Shown here: positions 34,082 through 42,260 of the stretch, piece after piece
How positions within the stretch are numbered: position 1 is the stretch's first letter
Layout of the letters: each line of letters begins with the position of its first letter
From: a bacterium
GTDB lineage: Bacteria > Verrucomicrobiota > Kiritimatiellia > RFP12 > CAIWXQ01
Reading direction: 5' to 3'
Assembly (NCBI GenBank): GCA_037129105.1
Contig: JBAXVM010000001.1
Coordinates: 1-51,703, forward strand
DNA length: 51,703 nt
Program-made: the position numbers and the translations under genes
Notes under the pieces: generated by a model
What the model was told of the DNA's origin: nothing
Database searches by the model: none
The model's input: only the letters and a program-made list of their open reading frames with translations

Positions 34082-36716
34082 GACAGGAATGTTGGCCCTG
34101 TCGGCGGTTCTCACGACAAGCCCGGCCGCGGCCGCTGACGACGCGGCGCTCGTCAGTCTGCGCGACCAGGCCCAGGCGCGCATCACCGCGGCAGATTTTC
34201 CCGGCGCCCTGGCTTTGCTCCGGCAGGTCTCTCCCGATCAGGGTCCCGGCCGTTTGCGGCCTGGCCCCACCAACGAGAACTGCCTGGTGCTGCCGAATCC
34301 GTCCGGCCGCGCTGCGTTTTTTTGCGTGGGTGCCAGTTGGGCCGGTTGCTTTGACCCGGACGCCCCCTCCAACGGTTTCACACGTCTGGTCCCTTTTCCG
34401 AGCAGTCTACAGCGAAATTTGCAGGATTTCGGGTCAAATCTGCGCCCGTATGCCGCCGTTCTTTGCAACAACCGCCTGGTCGCGGCATTCGACCGTTACA
34501 GCACCAGCGGCGGCAGACCATCCGGGCTGCTGGTTTGCCTCTTCACAAATACGCTCAAGGTTGACTGGGTCTATGACCACGAAGACGACTACACCACCTG
34601 GACTGTAGGCCAGCGAACCCTGGCTTTTGTCGGCGGCGGCATATCCCGCGCCATCATCGGCCTGAATGTGACCAATGGCGCAGTAGCCTGGGAGAATTTC
34701 GAGTTACGCACGACCTGGACCGAACTGGCCAGTTGCGCGAATGTCATCGCAGCCGGCAACCGTGAGACGCTGGCGGCCTTGGATGAGGAATCCGGCAGCC
34801 TGCTCTGGACAACCAACGCGCCGGTCAACCACCTGCTGGCTGCCGGCGACCGGTTACTCGTCTCCTCGGCAACGGAGGGCGTTTCCGCTTTCCATGCGCG
34901 CTCCGGAAAACGGCTCTGGACCCAGCCCGCCGATCCGGTGGGTACCGCGCCTGTTCTGGCCCTGCAGGACGACACGGTCCTGGCTGTGTCAGGCAACCGG
35001 ATCCGGCGATTGGACGCCGCCACAGGCGCCATCCGTTCCGTGCTCCTGATCCCGGGCATGGCGGAAGTCGACGCCGTGGTTTCCAGCAAAAAAAACACGT
35101 ACCTGCGCACAGACGCCGGCCACGTCTGTCTGGATAACAAAGGCCTGATCGTTTTCCAAATGGCGTCCGCCAAAGGCCGTGGATGGCGTGCGCGTGATGC
35201 CCGGAGCCAAGACCTGTGCCTCTGGCAGGACCGGATCCTGCTCGACAACTCCGCCGGTCAAGGCCTGCTCTTGAATGTGGCTGACCCTGTGACGGTGGAT
35301 GATCTCCTGGAGCTGCGCGTGGCCTGCGAGGCCATCGTGTGCGAAGAACAAACACCCGGCGCCGCCATGCCAAAAGTCCGGGAGCTGAAACGCGGCCTGG
35401 GTTCGCTGCTGCCCGCGGTCCTGCGCGCCCAGGCCCACGCAGACCCCGCCCGGCTGCATGCGCTCTACCTGGCCAACATGGATCTGGCTCTGCCGGATGC
35501 CAGACTCGAAATGCTGACAGAGCTGCGTCAGAACGCCGGCTTGCTGTGGTGCCGCGCGCAGTCCGCATATGCCACCGCCCGGCCCAACCATGATGTTGCC
35601 CTTATCCGGACATTTCGCGATGAGTTTGTGATCTGCGACTGGCGCAGCGGACGTGAACTCCGCGTCATTCCAGACCAGTCCGAAACCAGTTTTCCCGTTC
35701 TGGCCCGCCAGCGCAACCACGCCGTTTTTCTGAACGATGAACCGCATGTCGTGACTTGCCTGGATCTGCGCACTGGACGTCTGCGGTGGCAAAAGGATAT
35801 CGAGGCGCTGCCACGCCCGCCGGATGCGGCCGCAGAAGCGTCATCCTTCCCCGAGGCTGAAGATCCGTTCACCGGCGCGTACAATCCGGAAGCCATCATC
35901 CTCGAAGGCGGGCCGGACAACCGGCGGATCGGCTTGCGGGCAGACAATGGCGTGCTGCTCTGGAATCAAGCCATGGATGATTCCGAGCCGAAGTATGAAA
36001 TGCCCCACTGGCGCCTCACACGCGCACAAGGAACCTACCTGACGTCGCTTTCCCGGCAGCGCATGGTCACGCATGCCAGTCAAATCATGCTACAGGGGAT
36101 TGATGTGCCGACCGGACGCGAACAATGGACCCGCCGCCTGTCGGAGCAAACGCATATACTGGGGCGGAGTGTCCGCCATCTGGCAATGGTCACACAAATT
36201 GACCAAGCACCGAAGGACCTGCAAAGTAGGATCGCCATCTCGGATCTGCACACGGGGAAGAATATCTGGACGCAAACAACCAACACCTGGACAACCAGTT
36301 TTCAGGATGACCGGCTTATTTTGACAGGTCCGGAAGCCGGACAAGCCTACGTCCGCATCCTTGCGTTTCCCTCCGGGCAACCGATCCTGAGCGTCTCGCT
36401 GCCGAGCAACGAAGTTTGGAACGCCTCGATCTACATCGCCGAAGACATGGTATTTCTGGTGCCATACAAAATAATGGGCAACGCGGACGACCACCTCCGT
36501 GAGGGCGGTCCTGCCTTGGTCCTTGCTCTGCCGACCGGACGCATGCTGGGACGGATGATGATCCCGCCGTATATAATTAACGTGCAGGACGGTGTCCTCG
36601 TGGGCAGCGGTCTCTATTCGCATTATACGTGGGCCTTCGATTGGAACCGGTTGCGGCAACAGCTTACCGCCACGCCAGAGCCGGAAGGCGAAAAGAAAGC
36701 CATGGAGTCGCCATGA
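33984..36716 (+). CDS. secreted PQQ-like (BamB-family) beta-propeller repeat protein
   Basis: 910 aa. Repeated motifs include LDEESGSLLWTTNA, ARSGKRLWTQPA, LDLRTGRLRWQKDI, ADNGVLLWNQAM, VPTGREQWTRRL and LHTGKNIWTQTT. The first 30 codons lie inside the family-4 inverted repeat, so the alternative start at 34089 cannot be excluded. Confidence 0.75.
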   Translation: MSNGRPQKRTAQGSRQANFNNQRSLFDILRFFLTGMLALSAVLTTSPAAAADDAALVSLRDQAQARITAADFPGALALLRQVSPDQGPGRLRPGPTNENCLVLPNPSGRAAFFCVGASWAGCFDPDAPSNGFTRLVPFPSSLQRNLQDFGSNLRPYAAVLCNNRLVAAFDRYSTSGGRPSGLLVCLFTNTLKVDWVYDHEDDYTTWTVGQRTLAFVGGGISRAIIGLNVTNGAVAWENFELRTTWTELASCANVIAAGNRETLAALDEESGSLLWTTNAPVNHLLAAGDRLLVSSATEGVSAFHARSGKRLWTQPADPVGTAPVLALQDDTVLAVSGNRIRRLDAATGAIRSVLLIPGMAEVDAVVSSKKNTYLRTDAGHVCLDNKGLIVFQMASAKGRGWRARDARSQDLCLWQDRILLDNSAGQGLLLNVADPVTVDDLLELRVACEAIVCEEQTPGAAMPKVRELKRGLGSLLPAVLRAQAHADPARLHALYLANMDLALPDARLEMLTELRQNAGLLWCRAQSAYATARPNHDVALIRTFRDEFVICDWRSGRELRVIPDQSETSFPVLARQRNHAVFLNDEPHVVTCLDLRTGRLRWQKDIEALPRPPDAAAEASSFPEAEDPFTGAYNPEAIILEGGPDNRRIGLRADNGVLLWNQAMDDSEPKYEMPHWRLTRAQGTYLTSLSRQRMVTHASQIMLQGIDVPTGREQWTRRLSEQTHILGRSVRHLAMVTQIDQAPKDLQSRIAISDLHTGKNIWTQTTNTWTTSFQDDRLILTGPEAGQAYVRILAFPSGQPILSVSLPSNEVWNASIYIAEDMVFLVPYKIMGNADDHLREGGPALVLALPTGRMLGRMMIPPYIINVQDGVLVGSGLYSHYTWAFDWNRLRQQLTATPEPEGEKKAMESP

Positions 36717-38236
36717 CCACCTGCCGCGCACGTGCATGCCGTTGGATTAGCCCAAAGCTTGGTTGCCTCTCAGCTCTGATCTGGGCGACCTCGGCCGCAT
36801 GGGCAGGGGCCGCGGAAACGCCGGTATACGAGGCTGAGTGGGCCTGGCGCCTGGATGCGCCCGCCATCCTGATCCGCGATCCGGCGTGTTCCGGCGGACT
36901 GGCCGTGTCCATTCCCGATGGAACCACCGAAGATGATGTCCTGCATCGCGGACCAGCCTTGCTCAACCTGTGGCTGAGCCAGCGTCCCGCCGGTTTTACA
37001 CGGCTCTGGGCGCGCGTGCGCTGGGAAAACGTCTGCGGTAATTCCTTTGTGTGCGCCGTTATTCCGGACGGCGTCGGCCAGACCGTGGTGACCGGGTCCA
37101 TCATGAAAAAATGGTGCTGGGTCATGGCGGCCGACCTGAAGCCAAGTCCGCTTCCCGCCACCTTGCGCCTGTGGAACCGCGAAGACGGCATTTGCGTGGA
37201 TCAGTTTGCGCTGCTGCCGCCAGGCAAGCGCCCCCCGCCGGATGGCGCCCCCCTGCCTGCAAGCCCACCCTGCGCGGCAGACGATCCCTCCGTACCTTCG
37301 TTCGCGATCCTGCTCACCACGCCGGTCAACAATTCCCGCGCCGAATGGCTGGATGTGCATCCCTCTCATCCGAGCCAGCCCAAAACCAATCGCTGGGCAC
37401 GTGACGAAATCCTGGTCACCCCCCATGAGACCACCCGCGCCGACCTCTGGATCTGCAATACGCGCTTGATCGAAACCAGCATCACCCTGCGGATCGAAGC
37501 GCCAGCCGGCTTGTGCGTGCAGGTGCGGGAGACAGCCGCGATTTCCTTATCCACCAATGCCGCGACTGGCGACCAACTCCTGATCTGGCAGAAATCCCTG
37601 CCTGCCGGCCAGCCGTTATTTTACAGCACGCTGGAGTTCATGGCCGGAGAGTTTCCCATGGTCACCCGGCCCTTGCGCATCCAGGTCATGTCCGACACCC
37701 ATGTGCTGGCCGAACGCACGCTCTACGTAACCCACCCCATGGACTGGATGCTGATCGGCCCGTTCCGCGCCAAAGACACCGATGACATCGCCCGCATGCA
37801 GGAGCGGCTGACCGAAACGCTGTTGGCCAAACCGCTCCCCACCGCCCCGGCCACCACAGGAAGCCGACTGTTCGAACCGTCCTGGATCCGCTTCCAGCCA
37901 CGGCATCTGGGATCTGCGGGAAGAGTTGACCTGAACGCCGTTTTCGGGCAGCAAATCAACTGCTGTGCCTTTGCCTACACCTACGTGATCGCAGCGACAA
38001 ATGACAGCTCCCCGTTCCTGATCGAACACGACGACGGCATCCAAGTTTGGGTAAACGGAAAGACGGCCTACCGGAATGCGGAAAGCCGCCCAGCCGTCAC
38101 ATCCCGACAACGGGTAAATCTGCCGCTGGTCACGGGACTCAACCGCATCGTGATCCGCATTGACCAAAACCGCGAACACTGGCAATTCCGCCTTTCGCCG
38201 GACAGCGACGACGGCACCTACGGCAACGCGTTCTAG
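36713..38236 (+). CDS. secreted protein, N-terminal CBM-like and C-terminal PA14/jelly-roll-like domains (tentative)
   Basis: ATGA overlap with the upstream stop (the ORF extends to 36629). It has the signal peptide MTTCRARACRWISPKLGCLSALIWATSAAWA. N-terminal pattern: YEAEWAW...CSGGLAV...NSFVCAV...WCW...REDGICVDQFALL. C-terminal pattern: CAFAYTYV...HDDGIQVWVNGK. Confidence 0.55.
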   Translation: MTTCRARACRWISPKLGCLSALIWATSAAWAGAAETPVYEAEWAWRLDAPAILIRDPACSGGLAVSIPDGTTEDDVLHRGPALLNLWLSQRPAGFTRLWARVRWENVCGNSFVCAVIPDGVGQTVVTGSIMKKWCWVMAADLKPSPLPATLRLWNREDGICVDQFALLPPGKRPPPDGAPLPASPPCAADDPSVPSFAILLTTPVNNSRAEWLDVHPSHPSQPKTNRWARDEILVTPHETTRADLWICNTRLIETSITLRIEAPAGLCVQVRETAAISLSTNAATGDQLLIWQKSLPAGQPLFYSTLEFMAGEFPMVTRPLRIQVMSDTHVLAERTLYVTHPMDWMLIGPFRAKDTDDIARMQERLTETLLAKPLPTAPATTGSRLFEPSWIRFQPRHLGSAGRVDLNAVFGQQINCCAFAYTYVIAATNDSSPFLIEHDDGIQVWVNGKTAYRNAESRPAVTSRQRVNLPLVTGLNRIVIRIDQNREHWQFRLSPDSDDGTYGNAF

Positions 38237-38293
38237 CAGCCTGTCGGACGTAGCTCTCTAACGTCACAAACCGTCTGCCGACCAGGCTGCTTG
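38233..38293 (+). repeat. Family-1 hairpin repeat (CAGCC subfamily), forward; its first TAG is the stop of the 36713..38236 gene; 3' CTAG degenerated to CTTG
   Basis: ctagcagcctgtcggacgtagc...ctgccgaccaggctgcttg. Confidence 0.8.
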
Positions 38294-38327
38294 TTCCCGG
38301 AAACCAGCCGTAAACGGTTGGCTAAAG
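38294..38327 (+). repeat. Degenerate fragment of the family-2 end
   Basis: ttcccggaaaccagccgtaaacggttggctaaagg compared with gggaaacccgccgtaaacggttagtgaatgg. Confidence 0.35.
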
Positions 38328-38645
38328 GCTCTAACCGTGAAGAACTATTGCGTCGGTTCCTCTTCCTCATACACCGCGCATACCAGCAAAGGGTTTGATC
38401 ATGGACGGCGTAAAGCCGTCCCTACCCCTGCGGCGACGACTACGGATGACGAGGGGACGGCTACGTTTGCCACAAGAAGCAAGCCAGAAATCCGCGAATT
38501 TCCGCGACAATCCGTAGCTCAAATCGCCTTTGCAAAAGGGAAACGCGGGTGTTTTCGGTTGCGTTCGGGAGCGGAAAAAACTACGCTCCATATCCATTGC
38601 GTGATGTCGTGAAGGTTGACAAGGCTGAATAGTAAGGTGGCTCGC

Positions 38646-41366
38646 ATGAAACACTTCGGATTCTGGACGCACACGCCAAGGGCTTTTGCGCGATTCTTTC
38701 CGGGCGTCACGGTGCTGGCGATGTTCGCGTTTGCAACCCCGGCCATGGCGCAGCAAAAACCGCCCGCCGCGCCGGGCGTTCCCGAGGTTTCCCGCATCGA
38801 TGACGCCCTCCTGAACCGTGCCGTGCGAGCCTCGCTGGCCTGCGCTACATCCAATTTGCTGGCCCGCTCAACCAAGAACTACCAGAACCTCGTAGTGGAA
38901 CCCTGGCGCAGAACTTCGCAGCGATTCGTGCGTTACGGGGCCGCAAAGACCAACGAATTGCATTTTTCGAACAGGCCCTTTGAGGAACCGGTCTACCTGC
39001 ACCCGGTCTACGCGGACACGTACGAGAATTATGAAGCCTTCGAAACAGAAGCAGGCGCATCCTCCACCGATCGCCGACAACTAAAGAAAGTGATTCGCAA
39101 GCGCCAAATACGGACCATCGTCAGCTCGAATAAGGTCCCGATCATCGTCGGATCGAAGACGGTCATGCGGCTGGTGGGTGATCCCACCGGAACCGTCGTA
39201 CAAATACGCGTGGACGGTATAAATCCGATTTACGCCACGGTCGAAGATCCGGACTACTGGACCACCGGGTTCCTGATGCAAAACGCGATGGCACTGGCGA
39301 CGTTGCGGAAGTGCGGCGTGGCAGAGAGCGACCCGGCCCTGGCCTCGCTGATCCAGCGGCTCAGCATGTTCGTCAGCAACTACGGCATTCCCGATACCAC
39401 TTTGGACGTCGCCTGGCTGGCCGCCGCCTTCGCGCAGGTACACGACGAAGGGTACAACGACATCCGGCGCCAGTTGATCAGCAAGCTCTTGGATGGCCAG
39501 ATCGCCGATGAGGGGCCGGCGTGCGGCATGTGGGGGCCGGTGTGCGTCAATGGCAACCTGCTGGCTGCCATGATAACCTATGAGCAAACGCTGTCAGCCG
39601 ACGTGGCGAAGAAGAAGGAGCTTGCAGGATACGGCAGTACGACGAACGCCAATCTGGCGCAGGATCTGGCCTTCAGCCAGGCCGTGCTAGCCGATTTTGC
39701 CGACGAATACCTCCCGTTCACCCAACAAGGGCTGCGGTTCGATACGTTCTGGAATGATCTCAGAAATCCCGGTCTGCCGCAGACAGGTGCCCCCCCCGTG
39801 GATTATCAGGGCCTGCCGTTCTGCATTTACAAGGAAACATTTGCCGACATGGAATGCACAGCCGTGGCCTTGTTCGCCATCCGTCTGATCATGGAGAACG
39901 GATTCCTGCCCGAGGCAACCCTGCGGCCGGAGATCAATAAGCCATCTTTCCTGCGGCGTCCCGCTGGCGGCCCCAAGCCAAAGCGGCGGCATCTCCTGCC
40001 GCCGGAGAAGACCGAAACGATCCTGGCACGGGCAGCCGCCGCCATCGCCGCCCGGCAGAAACCCGACGGCACCTGGGATGAAGGGATTGTCCAGCAACCG
40101 GTCAGGGCGTTCGATCAACTGCCGGGGCTCGGCGGATTCGACACGAATAATCTCCGGCAATGGGTGTCCACTCAAACCCTTTACACCGCCGCGCAGGGCT
40201 ATGCAGGGCTGGCAAACGCCGGAATGTCAGCAGGCCTCAGCAAGTTTTTGGAGCCGTATTTCGGAAACCTTCAGAATGGACAGCAGGTGCAGCGGAAAGC
40301 GGCGGAAGACTTTCTGAATGGCATGACGCCTCCAATAGGAACCCGGATGGGCGGCATTCTGGAACCCTACAGCTATATTTACGCTCTACGTGGAATTCAT
40401 CGCGTCGATGGCAGCGCCGTGCAGGACCGCCGCGATCTCTGGCAGCGTTTTGCCTGGCGGCTGCTGGAGCTGCAGAACAAGAGTGGGACGTGGGGCGGCG
40501 GAAACGTCCTCGTGTATCCGCCTTGCCTGCTCGCCAGGCGGGAGCCGGAGCTCAAGGCCTACTTCGAGAGACAGCAGGCCAACCAGCCTGTGGAGCAGCG
40601 GAAACCGTACGATTTCCTCGAAGCGCAGCGACGATGGAATTGGCAAAATTATGAATGGGCGAATGGCGAAATCATCGCCACCTGCCAAGCCATGCTGTTT
40701 TTGCTCGACGGCATTCGGCCGCCGGTTGCCGGATATGTCGCCGACGTCAGCACCAACGCCTCTGCCCGTCGCATGGTACTGGATGCCGCCGATGCGCTGG
40801 GCAAACAGAAGAACCTGGCGCTCGACTGCCTGTGGGTGCATGCCGATTCGCCGGCGAGCGCACAGAATCTTCCGCTACTGTATGCCGTCGACGATACGTT
40901 GCGGACGCCGCAAGGCAAGGCCCTTGCCCAGAATTACCTGCAGACCGCCACACAGGGCGTTCTGGTGGTTGCAACCCAGCAAGCGCCAGCCATGGAAGGC
41001 GTCCTCTTGCCATTCGTGGACGGCGGATCCGGTGCGGATCTTCCCGTAGACCAAGGCTTCCTGAAAGGTTTTGCGGAGCCGAATCCGCCGAAACTGCGCG
41101 GCATTATGCGGAAGGACCGGCAACCGGCGGTGATCTTCCTGCCGGTTTCGACCGCTGAAAAACCGCCGGACGGACAACTCAGTCTCCAGACCGCCGTGCG
41201 GGTGGTTTCCTTGCTGATGCAGGACCGCCTGCCGCCCGAGGTCACGGATCCGCGCTACCCGATCGCTCTGGGCAACGCCATCGACCCGTTCCTAATTCGC
41301 ATACAAACACTGGAACTCCTGCAGCGCCTGGCAAAGAAAGAAACCCAGCCGGCCGCAAGTCCGTGA
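38646..41366 (+). CDS. large secreted protein with prenyltransferase/terpenoid-cyclase-like (alpha/alpha toroid) repeats (tentative)
   Basis: Start at MKHFGFW, with an AAGGTGG SD 5 nt upstream (the ORF extends to 38616). Signal peptide ends ...ATPAMAQQ. Repeat-like motifs are CGMWGPV, RQKPDGTWDEG and LQNKSGTWGGG. Confidence 0.5.
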   Translation: MKHFGFWTHTPRAFARFFPGVTVLAMFAFATPAMAQQKPPAAPGVPEVSRIDDALLNRAVRASLACATSNLLARSTKNYQNLVVEPWRRTSQRFVRYGAAKTNELHFSNRPFEEPVYLHPVYADTYENYEAFETEAGASSTDRRQLKKVIRKRQIRTIVSSNKVPIIVGSKTVMRLVGDPTGTVVQIRVDGINPIYATVEDPDYWTTGFLMQNAMALATLRKCGVAESDPALASLIQRLSMFVSNYGIPDTTLDVAWLAAAFAQVHDEGYNDIRRQLISKLLDGQIADEGPACGMWGPVCVNGNLLAAMITYEQTLSADVAKKKELAGYGSTTNANLAQDLAFSQAVLADFADEYLPFTQQGLRFDTFWNDLRNPGLPQTGAPPVDYQGLPFCIYKETFADMECTAVALFAIRLIMENGFLPEATLRPEINKPSFLRRPAGGPKPKRRHLLPPEKTETILARAAAAIAARQKPDGTWDEGIVQQPVRAFDQLPGLGGFDTNNLRQWVSTQTLYTAAQGYAGLANAGMSAGLSKFLEPYFGNLQNGQQVQRKAAEDFLNGMTPPIGTRMGGILEPYSYIYALRGIHRVDGSAVQDRRDLWQRFAWRLLELQNKSGTWGGGNVLVYPPCLLARREPELKAYFERQQANQPVEQRKPYDFLEAQRRWNWQNYEWANGEIIATCQAMLFLLDGIRPPVAGYVADVSTNASARRMVLDAADALGKQKNLALDCLWVHADSPASAQNLPLLYAVDDTLRTPQGKALAQNYLQTATQGVLVVATQQAPAMEGVLLPFVDGGSGADLPVDQGFLKGFAEPNPPKLRGIMRKDRQPAVIFLPVSTAEKPPDGQLSLQTAVRVVSLLMQDRLPPEVTDPRYPIALGNAIDPFLIRIQTLELLQRLAKKETQPAASP

Positions 41367-41380
41367 GCGTGTTTTCTCAA

Positions 41381-41406
41381 GTCTCACACTTCCGAAAGTG
41401 TGAGAC
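41381..41406 (+). terminator. Perfect 10-bp hairpin 15 nt after the stop of the 916-aa gene (no U tract)
   Basis: GTCTCACACT-tccgaa-AGTGTGAGAC. Confidence 0.35.
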
Positions 41407-41426
41407 AGCAGGTAATCATCGAGATT

Positions 41427-41496
41427 GCCCCTTACGGGCACACTACGAACGGTTATTGCAGGTTGTAGGCCGTTTGTAGTGACGCCGTAAGGCGTT
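41427..41496 (+). repeat. Family-3 (H) long interrupted hairpin repeat, copy H1
   Basis: GCCCCTTACGGGCACACTACGAACGG...CCGTTTGTAGTGACGCCGTAAGGCGTT: 8 bp, then a 3x3 internal loop, then 12 bp including one G:T. Confidence 0.8.
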
Positions 41497-41530
41497 ATTA
41501 TGCGAATTGCTGGGCGCCCGGACAGCACCA

Positions 41531-41559
41531 TTGACGAAATCCGCCGGCTGCCGTAGTAT
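41531..41559 (+). promoter_or_regulatory. Candidate sigma-70 promoter of vapBC (TTGACG-17-TAGTAT) with overlapping 8-bp inverted repeat
   Basis: -35 at 41531-41536 and -10 at 41554-41559. The inverted repeat AGTATGTA (41555-41562) / TACATACT (41577-41584) could be the antitoxin operator. Confidence 0.45.
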
Positions 41560-41604
41560 GTAATACAAACACGGCATACATACTTCGTGTTTTCAGGAGT
41601 TGTC

Positions 41605-41826
41605 ATGACTGCCATTGTAGCCGAGCGTGGACAGGTAACCATCCCGAAAAAACTGCGCGAACAACTGGGAATCACCCCTCGTACCGTCTTGGCGTTCGAG
41701 GAAGACCAAGGACACCTGCTGGTCACGAAAGTCGTTCCCGGAGATGCCGTTAGTCGGGTCCTCGGCTGCGTGCGACTGAGCCGGAAAACAGATGCCATCA
41801 TCCGTGACATGCGAGGCGAGGCATGA
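41605..41826 (+). CDS. vapB: AbrB/SpoVT-family antitoxin (VapB-like)
   Basis: Start at MTAIVAERGQVTIPKKLREQLGI, with an AGGAG SD 6 nt upstream (the ORF extends to 41587). Confidence 0.8.
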   Translation: MTAIVAERGQVTIPKKLREQLGITPRTVLAFEEDQGHLLVTKVVPGDAVSRVLGCVRLSRKTDAIIRDMRGEA

Positions 41827-42221
41827 TCACCGCGGTGGATACCAGTGTGTTGATCGATGTCTTTGGCAACGACCCGGCGTTCGGACACTCCTCCGCAGAG
41901 GCGTTGCGCGAGTGCCTGCGAACCGGCACGTTGATCGCGTGTGACATCGTCTGGGCCGAAACGCGAGCCGTCTTCCCGGACGAGCGGTCTTTCGCGTCTG
42001 CCATAACCACCTTGGGAGTGCGGTTCTCACCATTGACCGAAAAATCGGCTGCGCATGCCGGCAGCGCCTGGCAGGCTTATCGAAAGGCAGGCGGAAGGCG
42101 TACTCGTCTCGTAGCGGACTTCCTCATTGGTTCGCATGCGCTGTACCAGGCGGACCGGTTGCTGACACGTGACCGTGGTTACTATCGCTCCTATTTTGCG
42201 GGATTGAAACTCTTCGCATGA
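41823..42221 (+). CDS. vapC: PIN-domain ribonuclease toxin (VapC-like)
   Basis: ATGA overlap with vapB; MITAVDTSVLIDVF (first acidic residue), DFLIGSHA. Confidence 0.85.
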   Translation: MITAVDTSVLIDVFGNDPAFGHSSAEALRECLRTGTLIACDIVWAETRAVFPDERSFASAITTLGVRFSPLTEKSAAHAGSAWQAYRKAGGRRTRLVADFLIGSHALYQADRLLTRDRGYYRSYFAGLKLFA

Positions 42222-42260
42222 CAAACGACATCCACATGCAAGAAGTGCCCACCTCAAACC

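Noticed and set aside
38337-38612. 91-aa ORF in the long spacer before the 906-aa gene
   Set aside because: It has no ribosome-binding site, an odd composition, and overlaps repeat debris and hairpins. It is more likely untranslated leader.
41605-42221. vapBC as part of a larger defence island
   Set aside because: It is a standard two-gene type II TA module wedged between a secreted-protein gene and aroA. No neighbouring defence-type genes (nucleases, ATPases, methylases) are present.
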